64,000 nt of DNA, from assembly GCA_014905635.1 (NCBI GenBank), contig JABVCE010000009.1, positions 806,001-870,000 on the forward strand. Direction: 5' to 3'. The translations under genes were made by a program, and so were the position numbers. The first letter of the stretch is position 1. Every line of letters starts with the position of its first letter. The notes beneath the pieces were generated by a model. The model was given only the letters and a program-made list of their open reading frames with translations, did no database searches and was not told where the DNA came from. The stretch is from Scenedesmus sp. PABB004 (Eukaryota). Shown piece after piece: positions 37,971 through 50,900 of this stretch.

Positions 37971-38288
37971 AACTCAGCTGAGTTCTGGGGGCCCACAGTC
38001 TCTGGGGTTGCACCGGCACCGGCACCGCTCACATGCGTGCCTCAGCTCTGTAATCACCGGTGCCGCGCCCTTCCAGCGGCATCAGCCTCATCTACAACAG
38101 CATCCGCAGCCGGCACAGCCACGCCGAGCTGTGCAAGAGCCTCGCCCCGACTCCGCCACAGCGACCCATCGTACGACGCCACAGCAGCTCAGCCAGGTTT
38201 TTTAAAAGGGTTGAGGGTATGAAAGATTTTGCGCACAGGTCAGGCACCCTGCGCGCAGCACGCTGCGTGCCCCGCCCCGCCAGGGGGC

Positions 38289-40900
38289 TCAGCCGCCAAA
38301 CCCGCGCAGCGGCGACGCGTAGGGCCGATACTCAGTCAGGTTGCGCGCGTCGTCGCCGTGCGCGGGCTGCAGCCCCCACGTCCACACCGTGCCGTCGCGG
38401 AGCACAGCGCACGTGCGGCTGCCTGCCGCGTCGAGTGCGGTGACGCCCGTCAGCAGCACAAGGTCACCAAAGCGAGGGAGCGCACGCACGCCACCGGCAA
38501 TGATGTCCCCGCTTCCGGATGCGCTCGTTGCCCCACGGCCGAGCTCGCCTGCAGCGTTGGTGCCAGTGCACCCGACGCTGGTGTCGCTTCTCAGAATGCA
38601 GGTGTGGTAGTTCCCAGCCACGACTGAAACCGCGTCGTCCATGGCTGCCATGCCCATGGGCGTGGTGGTCGCGCCAAAGCTGATGTCGCCGTCGGCCCCA
38701 AGCCCCAGCTGGCCGCGCCCGTTTTGACCCCACCCCGCAGCGGAGCCGCCGCTCAACACCACAACAGTGTGGTACAAGCCCGCCCCCACCGACACCACGC
38801 CGGTCAGGCCCTCCACCAGCGATGGCTCCTCCGTAAGTCCGTGCCACATCTCTGACAGGCAATCAATTTGTCCCCAGCAAGCAACCGCCCCGTCGGTTTC
38901 CATAACAGCGCAAGTGCTGCACAAGGACGCTGCAACGGACGTCACCGCGCCGGGCAGGCCCAGCACGGGCTCAGCGTGGAGGCGAGGGGCCTCAACGGGG
39001 CCCTCGCCGTCGGTCGGGCCGCCCACGCTGCCCCAACATACCAGCGCGCCGCCGTGCTTCACCGCACACGTGTGATGACTGCCAGCACTGATGCTGGTGA
39101 CGTTGGCCAAGGTGCTGCCGTCGGGCAGCGTGACAACAACGGCGGTGGCGCTGCGCGTGCAAGCGCCGTCGCCGAGCTGCCCGCGGCGACCCTCGCCCCA
39201 GCACGCCACTGTGGTGTCAGGCAGCAAGGCGCACGCGTGCTCCGAGCCTGCCACGACGTGGGTGCCGCGCAGCGGCTCGCCGCTGCTGGCAAGCTTGACC
39301 ACTTCAAAGGCGTTGCCAGAGCTGAGCTCAGTGCAGCGCACCGTGCCGTCGCTCGACAACACGCACGTGTCGACCGGCCCGCACGCGACCGCGGTGGCCG
39401 GGGGCGTCGTGCAGCACGTCTCCCTGGCCTCCTTGCGAGTTTGGCCAGCGATGCTGATGCCAGCCGTGGTTGCAAACCGGTCGGTGCCGTCGCCTGCGGT
39501 CGCGCGCGCCGGCGGTGGTGCAGTGAGCAGACCGCCGAAGGGGGGGGGGCACGCGTGGGGCGCGTGCGGCGCGCCCTCTGTGCGACGGGCAACGCCTGGC
39601 GGCGCCTTGCAGGTCAAGCGGCTGCGCGCTGCAGCACTCACAGACGACCGGATCGTCCCTCAGGTCGTCGCCGTTGGAGTCGCGGCAGGTGGCTGCTTCA
39701 GGGAACCTCGCCGTGCTCGGACCCTCACTATCAACGTCTGCGAGGCGGAGGGGGCGGGAAACTGAGCTGACACCATCGCGGCCGAGGGCCCGTGCGTACT
39801 CGCTGCGAGCTCACCGTCCACGCAGTCCGCCTCGGACGTGCTGCCTGGCTCGGAGTGTGTGCCGGGCGGGCAGGGCATGCACGGTTCTCCCATGAGGCCG
39901 CCGGCTGAGTACTCGTTGACGTTGCAAGGCAAGCAATCTCCTCCCCAATCATTGGGCCCGTGCCCGGGGAGGCAAGCTGCGCGCGCGGGTGTGCGGGGGC
40001 GTGGACAGCTCAGCTGCCAGGCTAGCCGCGGCCTGTCGTGGTGCGAACATGCGGCAGGGCGGTGCAGGCAGCTTGCGCCGCCACTGCCCAGCGCACCTGT
40101 GCAGGCGCCGGCGGTGCGGTCATCGCCTTCCGTCGTCTGCCCGGCAGGGCAGGCGACGCACTGGGGTGCTCTTCTGGCCGCAAGATTTGCCACCCCGCCC
40201 GCGGAGGTGTGGCCCTCAGCACACCGCCGGCAGGCCGGCTCCGTACCAGACTTCCAGTAAAACTCGGTGCCGCGACGACAGACGTTGCACACTGCGGCAC
40301 CTTTCGTCGAGGTGATGCCGTTGGCGCATGCCTTGCAGGTGGCGGCACCGGCTGTGCGCCGTCGGGGCGGGCGGGGCGCGCAGGTGTGTCGCCGGCGGCC
40401 GTTCGCTGCGTTGCAGGCCCGCGCATGCTGCGAATGCGCGCACCTTTGGCTTTGAACGTGCCGGGCCCACACTCTATACAGCGCAAATTCGTCACTGGCA
40501 GGGCGGGCTTCCACCCTGGCTTGCAGCAGACACAAGCCAGCCACCAGGCATAGTTGGTCTGGGTGATGTTCATGCAGACTTGGCAGCCAACAAGGCCGTG
40601 GCAGTTTCTGCGGAGGGCCTTGCCCTGGAAATGTGAGCGGCCGTAGACGGTGCCGTAGTACACCGTGCCAGGCTCTGCCACGCAGATCTCCTGCTGCGTC
40701 ATGTTCTTCAGCTCGCCTCCAGGATAGTCTCCTCCTGGGTAGTCGCCTTCATCTCCTGTGCCGTCTCCTTGGGCGACGGCGCGCTGCGACGCGGCCAGCA
40801 GCACCAGCACCAGCAGCAGGGCCTGCGACGCGGGGCGGTGGGGGCGAGCACGTGAGCGCGAAGCCGGGGCAAGCGTCGTTCTCGGCCACGGCCGGTCCAT
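38289..40900 (-). CDS. Secreted protein with Cys-rich (GCC2/GCC3, ephrin-receptor-like) repeats and a C-terminal RCC1/BLIP-II beta-propeller
   Basis: Signal peptide LLLVLVLLAASQRAVA. CxxCxxG repeats include CIECGPGTF, CVACPAGQT and CMPCPPGT. There are about 6-7 RCC1 repeats (VAGSEHACALLPDTTVACWGEGRRGQLG; GAGLYHT...GWGQNGRGQLG). The segments join through about four GT-AG introns spliced by eye. Confidence 0.8.
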
Positions 40901-41290
40901 TTATCGCTGCTGCGGCCATCAATCACGGCAGCGCTGGCCGTGCCGCCCCACTGCCGGCAGGCATCGCGCATCGCTCCCGTGCGCCCACGCGGCGGCCGCG
41001 TTGGCGACGTTGTTGCTCACCGCGATTCTCTGCACCCTGATCATGATTCTCAGCGGCTCAGAGGCGCCGCGGTACCGCTGTCTAGCCACACGCCACCGGG
41101 CGCGATGCCGACACGCAGCGGGCGGCGGTGCCGAGCCGCAGCGAAGCCGTAGAGGCCGCCCTCAGGAGTGCGGCCTGGCTTGCCTGCGGCCGTGTGAGTG
41201 CCGACGGGCAGCGGCACGTCTGCAGCGAGCTGCAGGGAAGCTCGCATACGAACTCCCATGCCATTTCGCAATCCGACTCGCGGGTGATGC

Positions 41291-41730
41291 GACCGGCGTC
41301 GGCTGCCTCAGCACCGTGTCGACCTGGGTGAGGCGCCCGCGCCACCTACGCGCCCCCGGGGCGGCGCCGCGCCGCGCTCGCTGCCGCCGCCGCGCTCCGC
41401 CACCGCGTGCCCCGTGCCGCCGGCCCCCGCAGATCCAGCGGCTGCTGCTCTCCTTCCCCAACACTTCCCACGGCTACAGCTACGTGGGCATCAGCCTCGC
41501 CAGCTCGATCGGCCTGGGCCTGCTGATCTACGGCGTGCCGGTGTGGACCGTGTGACCCCGCGGCGCGCCGGCGGGGGGACGCAGGCCTGCTGCTGCCGCT
41601 AGCGGCAGCACCCCAGCTGCAGCGCTGCAGCTGGGGTCAAGGTGACCGGCCTGCGAGCGCTGCGGCCCAGCACGAGCGCGAGCGGGACGGTCGCGCAGCG
41701 CGCAGACCTGGCGGCCGAGGGAGCTGTGTG
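41291..41730 (+). pseudogene. Truncated duplicate of the FEX 3' end (direct repeat copy 2)
   Basis: Encodes GCLSTVSTW and IQRLLLSFPNTSHGYSYVGISLASSIGLGLLIYGVPVWTV*. It has a small deletion just before the splice donor and no intact 5' half. Confidence 0.8.
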
Positions 41731-41843
41731 CAGGAGGCCGTCGTGTCAGGCGCACGGCGCTACACAGCCGCACGCCACTGCACAGCATCACGCCGCTCGA
41801 CCGAGCTTGTCCCGAGCGCATTCCCCACACTCGCGCAGCGCTG

Positions 41844-44800
41844 CTAGTCCAGCCCGGGCGGTGCCCAGCGGCTCCCGCGGCCCCCACCGCCGCCGCCGCC
41901 GCCCTGGCCCGCGCCACCGTGACCGCTGCCGTGCCAGCTGCGAGCTGGCTGGGAGCGGGACTGCTGCTGCACCTGCTGCACCGCCGCCGCCCGCGCCGGT
42001 GCGCGGCTGGGCTCGTCCGCGGCGGCACCGAGCACCAGCGCCCCGCCGTCGGGCTGCGGCGGCGCGAGCAGCGCGGCTGCCGGCGGCCCCCCGCCCGCCG
42101 CGCCCGGCGGCGGCGCGCCCGCCACGCCTGCGGGCAGCATCACCAGCTGCGGCTGCTGGCCGGGCCCGGCGGGGAAGCGCGCCGGCGGCTGGACCTGCTG
42201 CAACTGCAGCACCTGCGGCAGCTGCGCGCCGCCACCCAGTGGCAGCTGCTGCGGCCCCGACGCCGAATGCCCCGGCCCCGCCTGCGCCAGCGGCTGCCGC
42301 GCCAGCCCGAGCTGCCCGCCCTGCTCCTCCACGCCAGGCGCGCCCAGCTGCTGCGGCGCCGCCACCACCGCAGCCTGCGCCAGGCACGGCGCCAGCCAGG
42401 CGGCGTCGGCGGGCGCCATCTGCCGCAGCGCCGCGCCGCGCGCTTGCGGCGGCATGGCCTGCAGCAGCTGCAGCATCGACTGCTGAACCAGCGGTGCCAG
42501 GAGCCAATACACGGCGCCCTGCTCCGCAGACATGCCGCCGTAAGGCTGCGCGTCCTCCAGCGCCACGCCGTCACCCGCCGCCGCCGCCTGCGGCTGCTGC
42601 GGCTGCTGCGGCGGCTGCTGTGGCTGCTGCGGCGGCTGCTGCTGCGGCGGCTGCTGCTGCGGCGGCTGCTGCTGCGGCGGCTGCTGCTGCGGCTGCGCGC
42701 CCCCGTCTCCTGTGCCGCTGCTGTCGCCGCCCCCGCCGTCACCGGCACGCTGCCGCTTGTGCTCGCGGCCCTGCTGCGCCGCGGGCTCCTGCCGGCGCCT
42801 GAGCTCGGCCGCCCTGAGCTCGGCCTCCTGCCGCTCACGCATGGCCTGCAGCCAGTCCTTGCCGCCGCCGCCCTCGCCGCCCTCCGCGGGCGGCGGCGTG
42901 ACGGCGCGCCCGCGCTGGCGCTCCGCCGCCCCCGCCTCTGCCGCCGGCTGCTCCGCCGGGCGCTCGCGCTGCGGCGGCGGCGGGCCGCCCTGCTCCGCGC
43001 GCTCCGCCGCCGGCGCGGCGCGCTGCGCCGGCGCCATGGCCTCCTGCAGCTCCCGCCCCCGCGCGAGCGCCGCCGCGAGCGCCGCGCGGCCGCGCGGCGT
43101 CGTGAGCTGCTCGGGCCGCGCGTCCCAGGCGACCGCGCCGCGCGCGCCGGCGTCGGCGATCAGCGCCTCCCACGCGGGGTGCGCGACGAGCGTGTCGGCG
43201 TGGCCGAGCACGTACAGCGCCTGGCGCGCGCGCGTGATGGCCACGTTCATGCGCCGCGTGTCCGACAGGAACCCCACGCCGCGCCGCCCCAGCGCGAGCG
43301 GCGCGACCTGCTGGCCCTGCTGGCCCTGCTGGTCCGCAGGCGCCCCCTGTCCGCCGCCGGCGGCGGCGAGCCGCGCCGCGACCGCCGCACGCGCGGGGCG
43401 CGCGCGCGCGACGCCGCCGCCGCCGCCGCCGTTTGCCGGCGGCGCGCTCGCGCGCACGCAGGAGAGGATGACCACGTCCAGCTGCTTGCCCTGGAACGAG
43501 TCGACCGTCTCGATGCGCACCTCGGCCAGCACGCCGCGCCCAAACGCGGCCTCAAACGCGCGGCGCAGCAGCAGGCGCTGCGAGCGGTACGGCGTGATCA
43601 CGCCCACCTCGAGCCGCGCCAGCGCCGCGCCGCCGCCGCCCGGCGGCGTGGGCTCGCGCGACCCGGGCGCCCCGCCGCCCGCGCCGCCGGCGGCGGCGGC
43701 CGCCGCGGCGGCGGCCTCCGCCGCGGCCGCGCGCACGCGGCGCAGCTCGCCGTAGAGCGCGACGGCGAGCGCGGCCTCGGCCTCGTTCTCGGCGCTGCGC
43801 CCGCCGCGCGCAAAGCGCTCGCGGCCGCGCGAGACGTCAAACACGACGTACGGGATGAGCACGCCGGGCTCGCCGGGCGCGCCGCCGCCGCCGCCGGGCT
43901 CGCTGCCGCCACCAGGGCCCGGCGGCGGCAGCGGCGGCGGGTAGAGCCAGGGACGGGGGCGCGCCAGCACGCTGGGCGCGTCGAGCAGCGCGCCGCCGTA
44001 GAAGAAGGCTGAAGGGAAGGCCCGGATCGCTGGGTGCATGCGGTACTGCACGCGCAGCAGGTTGACTGGGCACCCCGCCTGCGGCGGCGGCGGCGCGGCG
44101 GCGCGGCGGCACGGCGGCGCGGCAGGGGAGTGAGAGCGAGGGGAGGGCTTTGGGAGAGCAGCGAGGGGGGCGCGCGGGGCGTACGGGAGCAGGGGTTCTC
44201 GGCGCGGGGCTCACCGCGGCCAGGCGCTCAAAGAGGCTGCGCTCGAGCGCGAGCTGCTTGGCGGCGGCGCTGAAGATGGTCGCCGGCAGCTGCTGCGGGT
44301 CGCCCACCATCACAACACACCTGGGCGCGCGCGGACGCGTGGGGGCCGGGCGCGGCGGCGCGCGAGCGCCGGCGGCGCGGGCGCGGCGGCGCGCTCACCG
44401 CGCGCCGTAGACGAGCGGCTGCAGCGCCGCGACCTCGGCCGCCTGCGCCGCCTCGTCGATGAGCACCAGCTCAAACGGCCGCGCCAGGCGGTCAAACACG
44501 TTGCGCGCGGCGCTCGAGAGCGTCGTGAACACCAGCTCCGCCTGCGGGACGAGACGGCGGCGGCGTGAGCGGCGCGGCGGCGCGGGCGGGCGCTGTGGCG
44601 CGGCCGCACGCGGCAGGGAGCGGCGGCGCGCCTGGTCAACGAACGAGACCTCCAGGTCCTGCTGCAGCCCCCGCGGCGCGGCGCGGAACGCGGCGCGCCA
44701 GAGGTCGGGCAGGTGCAGCGGCGGTGCCTGCTGCGGCGGCCCGCCGGGCGGCGGCGGCGCCTGCTGCGCCGCCGCGCGGCGCTGCTGCTCCTGCTGGATG

Positions 44801-47415
44801 GCCGCCAGCCGGCGGCCCCACTCGGCGGCGCGCTGGCCGGTGACCAAGCCTTCGACCATGCCCAGCCGCGCGAGCTCGGCCTGCGTGCGCTGCAGGGCCT
44901 CAAACTCGTTGACCATCGCGGCCACGAGCGCCGAGAGCTGCGCATCCTGCTCCGCCGTCGACTCGGCGGCCGCCGCCGCCGCCGCGGCGGGCGAGCCGTC
45001 CGGCCCGCGCAGCGCCGCCGCGACGCCGGCGGCGGCCCAGTCGCCCGCCGCGACGGCGGCGTGGTGCGCGACGAGGCGCTTGTGCGTGACGGCGAGCGAC
45101 TCGCCCACGTTGTGCATGCGCGCGAGGCAGGTGCGCCAGGCCGCGTGCTGCTCCGCCTGCTCCGCCGCGAACGTGGCGGGGCTGTGCGAGAGCAGCCGCC
45201 CCGAGAGCTGCTCCACCCACACCTGGCGCGCCTCGTCGCTCAGCGCCTCCTCGCTGCCCAGCCGCACCACGTGCGGGCGGTAGACCTGGCCGTTCACGTC
45301 GCGGAACGTGCCGCTGCGCGTGTGGCGGCACGGCGACAGCGCGGCGGCGGCGTCGGCTGCAGCTTGGAGGCGAGGCGGGTGGCGGCTGCGCACGCGCGCA
45401 GACACCACGGCGCGGCGGCGGCGGCGGCGCGCACCGCAGGATGCGCTCCAGCAGCTCGTCGATCGCGGCGTTGCTCGGCGCGCACACGAGGATGCGCGGC
45501 CGCGGCGCGAGGCGCGCCGGGAAGGCGTCCGACACCATCTCCACGTCTGCGGCGCGGCGCGGCGGCATCGGCGCCGTCGGCGCTGGCCACGCGCCACCGC
45601 CGCCGCGCTCGGCCGGCACGGGCACACGCGCGCCGCGCACAGCCCCCCGGCCGTGCACAGCCCCGCGCACGGCCCCAGCCGCGCCGCTCACCGAGCGCGA
45701 CGCGCGCGTCGGCGGCGCCGCGCACCGCGGCGTCGAGGCTGTGATAGAAGCGCTGGAACTGCACCAGGTGCCACGTGTTGAGCACGCCCAGCACGGTGTG
45801 CGTCTTGCCCGTGCCGGGCGGGCCCTGGATCAGAGTGAACGGCGCGCCGCCGCCGCCGGGCGTGGCGGCGCTGTCGACGGCGCCGTCGCCGCCGGGCGGC
45901 TCGCCGGCGCCCGCCGGCTCGGCGTCGCTGCTCGCCGGCGTGAGCTCGCTGCCGCTGTCTTCCAGGCCCGCCGTGAGCTGCGCGACGCGGCGCCACTGCG
46001 GGCGGCGCGCCCGCGCCGCCCCTGCCTGCGCCGCCGCCGCGCCGCGCCGCGGCGCTGCCAGGTGCGCTGCGCTGCAGGTGATCGCCTGGATCTGGGGGCC
46101 GTCAAAGTGTGCCTGCAGGAAACCCCAGAACCCGCTGCTGCTCACCTCCGGCGGCAGCTCGGGCGCCTGCTGCGCCCGCTGCGCCTGCTGCGCCTGCTGC
46201 GCCTGCTGCGCCTGCTGCGCCCGGTCCCCCGGGTCAAGAATGTACTGCAGCAGCGGCAGGCGCCCCACCCGCGACAGCGTGCGCAGCTCGCGCGTGGCGG
46301 TGACGATCGAGCCGGCGGGTGCGAGGCGCCAGGCGCCCTGCGGCTGCGACTCCAGCAGCTCCAGCACCTGCGGCGCGGCGCGGCGCGCGCGGCGGCGGCA
46401 GGGCGCGAGGCGTCGCGCGGCGGACCGCGCAGCCGCCGCCGACCCCGGCGCGGGGCGTCGCCCGCCTCCGCCGCACCTGGCAGCACGGGCTGCTGGGGTC
46501 GTCCGGGTGACGCCCGCAGCAGGGTCGGATGTGCACGTGCACCGCGCCCTCGTCCAGCTCCCAGCGCCGCACCAGCCCCGTGACGCGCGCGACCACGCGC
46601 GGCTGCGCCGGCGGCGTCCGCCGCGCGCCGCCGCCCGGCTGCGGGTCTGGCGCGCCGCCGCCGGCGTCTGCGCTGAGGCTCAGCACCACCACCGCCGCGT
46701 CCTTGTCCGCATGCAGCGCGCGCAGCGCCGGCAGCGCGTCCTGGCTGGGCGCCGCGAGGCGCACGTTGCGCCAGTGGTTGCCGAGCGGCGCCACCCTGCG
46801 CGCGGGCGCGATGCGCGTGCGGGCGTGGGCGCGGGCGGCTTCGGCGGCGGCGCGGCGCGGCGCAGCCCAGCGGGCGGCTGGCCGCCGAGGGCGCGGCGCG
46901 CTGCGGCGGCGCGGCGGTGCCGCCACTCACAGCTGCACGGCCACCGGCGCGCCGCGCCCCGCGCGCTCCGCCTCCTCAAAGCCGCTGCGGATGGCCTCGG
47001 CCGCCTCCTCAAGCAGCAGCGGCTCAAAGGTGCGCAGGTACTGCGCCGCACTCGCAAACACGGCGGGCACCGCGTCGGGCAGCGGCGGCGCGAGCGCCTG
47101 GCACGCCGCCTCCCACAGCCGCCCGCTGACGACCTCCGCCTCCAGCGTGGAGGCGCTGGCGACCTCGTCCCTGTGCTGGCCGCCGCGCCCGCCGGCGCCG
47201 CGCCCGCCGGCGCCCCGGCCGCCGGCGCCGCTGTCCTGCCGGGCCCCGCCGGGCTGCGGCGCGCCGCCCGGCTCGCCACCGGCGCCGCCGACGCGCGGCC
47301 GCCGCTCGCGCCCGCGGCGAGGGCGGTTGTTGGCGTGCGTGGGCAGCTGCGTGCCGTCCACCAGCATCGCCGCCGTGCGGGCGGCGTGGCCGCGGAAGGC
47401 CGCGCCGTCGTCCAT
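41844..47415 (-). CDS. Senataxin/SEN1-like SF1 RNA/DNA helicase (DNA2/NAM7 family)
   Basis: YLRTFEPLLLEE, TLIQGPPGTGKT, ILVCAPSNAAIDE, VLIDEAAQ, VGDPQQLPAT, SLFERL, QYRMHP, VITPY, TVDSFQG and RRMNVAITRAR. The start is tentative. Confidence 0.92.
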
Positions 47416-47930
47416 CGCCGGACGCTGCTGCCGCTGCCGCCGCCGCTGGCCACGGCCGCGTCAGCGGCGCGGCTCACACCAACGATGCATCACGTCACGC
47501 GTCGCGAGAGCGCGCCGGACGGGGCAGGCGCGGGCCCAGGGCGGCGCCGAGGCCTGCCGCTGCTGACGGCGTCCGCGCGCTGCACGCGATCGCCCAGCGC
47601 CCGCGTGGGACCAGCAGCACCCCAAGCGCTCCACGCGCACTGCCGCGGACCCTCCGGCGTCGCAAGCCGCCCCTCCGCCGCACCGAGCGGCGCGGGACCG
47701 GCGCCGACAGCCGGCGCTCGCGCCAGCCGGCGATCGCTGCAGTCGGCGCGTTGCGCACACGCCTACGGCGACAGCACGCCGTGGGCGGGCGCACACGAGG
47801 CAGCGGCTGGCACGGTGCGCGGGCATCGGCCGCGGTTTTGGCACGCGTGGGGCACGCGGGCACAAGCGAGTCGGCGCGGGCGGGGTCGCGTTACCGCACT
47901 CCCAGGGCCACGGCGCCGCCCGATGGATCG

Positions 47931-50900
47931 TCACCGCCGCCCGCCGAGGTGCGAGGGCACGGCCGCCATGAAGCCGCCGCCCTCGTACGGCGTGAGCGAC
48001 ATGGGGCTCCCGCCCAGCAGCGGGCTGCTGCCGGGCGCGCCGCCGGCGCCGGCGAGGCCGTCCATCATCAGCGCGCCAGGGGAGAGGCCGTACGAGCCGC
48101 CGCCGGGGCTGTAGCTCAGCCCCGGGCCGCCGCGGCCGCCGGGGCGGCCGCCGAAGAAGCCGCCGGCGGCGGCGAGCGACGTGGCCATGAGGTCAGGCGA
48201 CGGCCCCGACGGCCCCGACGACAGCCCCCCGCCCGCGGCGCCCGCCGCGGCCGCGGCGGCGAGGCCGACCGGCACGACGCGCCCGCGCGCGCGCCCGTGC
48301 GCGTGGCGGCCCGTGCCGGGCGCCGCGGCCGAGCCGGGCGCGGCGGCGGCGGCGGCGGCGGCGTGGTGGTGGTCGTCGTCGTCGTCACTGCTGCTGCTAC
48401 TGCTGCTGCTGCTGTCGTCGTCGGCGCCCGCCTCCTCACGGCTGCGCAGCCGGCCGCGCCCGGCGCCGTCCGGCGAGGCGGCGGCCGCGGCGCGCGCGAG
48501 CAGCGCCGCCTCGTCGTCCAGACCGCCGTCCGAGTCGCTGTCGCTGTCGCTGCCGCTAGCGCTGCTGCCGCCCACGGCGCCGCCGGCGCCGCCGGGCGCC
48601 GCGCCCGCGCCGCCGGCGTGCGGCTGGCCGTGGGAGAAGCAGACGTACGTGGTCGGCAGGTCCAGGAAGCGGCTGCTGCGCTGCAGCAGGTAGGGATCAA
48701 ACGGAAAGAACACCTCCAGCGGCCGCAGCACGGGGCGCGCCGGCCCCGCGCCGGCGTCGCCGGTGTCGTCGGGCGCGCCGACCACGACCGCGGCGGCGGC
48801 CGACGTCGCCGCCGCGACGGCGGCCGCGTGCGCGGCGACCGCGTCGAGCGCGGCCGCCTCCCACGCCTCGTCCGCGAGGCCCAGCAGCAGCGCCTGGCGC
48901 ACAAACTCGTGCGTGACCGCCTGGTGGCACACCGCGAGCGGCGCGAGCGGGTGGCTCAGCAGCGGCAGCACCTGCTGCCGCACCAGCGCCGCGACCTCGC
49001 CCGCGAGCGCCGCCGCGTCGGGCGCCGCCTGCGCCTGCGCCTGCGCTGCCTGCGCCGCCGCGCCCTGCTGTGCGTGCTGCACGCCCAGCAGGGGCTGCAT
49101 GTGGTAGCACAGCAGATAGAGCAGGGCCTGGACAACGGCGTAAAACGCCTGGTGCCGCTGCACCACCGCGAGCGCACCGGCGCTGCCGCTCGCGCTCGCG
49201 CCGCCGGGGCCGCCCCTGAGCAGCACGAGCGCGCCGCCGCTGCCGCTGCGGCCGAGGGCGCCGCCCGCGGCCGCGGCCGCGGCGTAGTCGGACGCGACGC
49301 CCGCCAGCTTGCGCAGCACCTCGACCACGAGCGGCCGCGGCGCGGGCGCGCAGCGCGCGAGGAAGCTGCCGAGGTAGGCCGCCGCGGCGGCGCGCGTGAT
49401 GGGCGGCTGCCGCGCGTCGCGCAGGTGCGACATGAGGCACGTCGCGAGGCTCGCGCAGCAGCGGAGCGGGTCCTTGGTGGCCAGGAAGAAGACCAGGTAC
49501 TGCGTGAACTTGCAGCGGTGCGCGTGCAGCAGCGTGCGCTCAAACGCGCCCAGCATCGTCTGCCACACCGCGCCGAGCTGGCCTGCGCGCGCGGCGCGCG
49601 GCGCGGCGGGGGTGGCGAGGCGGGCGGGGTGGCGCGGCCGTGTGGTGCAGCTGCAGCGGGGCGCGGCGCGGCCGCGCGGCGGCCGCACGCGGCGCGGGCG
49701 GGGCGCGCACCCGCGTCGACGCGGCGCTGCAGGTGCTCGAACGCCATCTCCATCAGGCTGTCCAGCTTGTCCGCGGTCTCGTCCACAGCCGGCCGGCGCC
49801 GCTCGGCCGCGCCGCCGCGGCCGCCGCGGCCGCCGGCGCCGGCAAACTCCGAGGGGTCGTGGAAGCCGTCCTGCAGCGCGGCAAGCTGCGCCGCGAGGCC
49901 GCCGCCCGCGCCGCCGGCGCCGGCGCCGCCGTGGCCGCCGGCGCCGTGCGGCGCGCCGCTGATGTCGAGGCCCTCCATCGCCTCCAGCTCGAAGATGTCG
50001 TCGCCCGCCTCGTCGTCGGAGGAGCCCTCCTCGCGGTCGTACGGCGTCGGCGCGTCGACGATCTCCTCCCACTTGATGTCGGCGTCGATCGACAGCAGGT
50101 GCTCGACCACGCCCGAGAGCAGGCCCTCGCGCAGCGACCGCCCCACGCGGCCCTCGGCCAGCAGCAGCACGCCGCGCATGAAGAGGCACTGCGTGCCCCG
50201 GTCGCGCAGCTTGTGGGGCATGTTGGACACGAGCATCGGCAGCAGCCGCGTTGGCAGCGCCGGCACCAGCTGCACCGCCTGCGCGCGGCGGGCGCGGGCG
50301 CGGGCGCGGCAGCGGCGGCGGCAGCAGCGTGAGCGCGCCGCGCCGCGCCGCGCCGTGCAGGCGCTGGCGGCAGCGCCGGCCAGCCGCGGAGCCGACTGGA
50401 CGCGTGTGCTCTGCGACGCGTCGCTCACCTTTTCGATCGCGTCCACCACGTCTGCCTGCACCTCGACCGCCAGCTGCGGTGGCGTCCACGGCGCGCCGCG
50501 CTCGTCCGGCTCCAGCGGCGGGCTGCCGGGCGGCGGCAGGAGGTTGAACAGCAGCACCTGTGACGAGCCGGGGCGGGGCGCGGGGGCGGCGCGTCAGCGC
50601 CGCGTCGCTCGGGGCCGCGCCTGCCAGGCCGCCGCCGCGGCGGCTGCCGCGCGACCGCGACCGCGCGCGCCTGCATGCAGTTTGGGATGAACGTGCTGCT
50701 CGCGACCACCAGCTCCACCGTGAGCTCCAGCACCGCCTCGCGCACGGCCTGGCGGCGCGGCGCGGCGCGGCGCGGTGGGTGCGTCGGCGGGCGGGCGCCG
50801 CGCGGCCGGCGCCGGCGCGGGAGCCGGACCGCGCGCCCGCACCGGCGTGCAGCTCCAGAGCGGCGTGCTGAGCACGGTGGTGAGCACCGCGTCGTGCGCG

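Noticed and set aside
37535..41730. LTR retrotransposon
   Set aside because: The direct repeats are FEX exon/intron/UTR sequence, and there is no gag, RT or integrase, PBS or TG..CA termini.
42590..42695. 15-bp QQQPP-encoding repeat in the SEN1-like tail, and other poly-Q/A/G tracts
   Set aside because: These are ordinary slippage-derived low-complexity coding sequences, common throughout this window.
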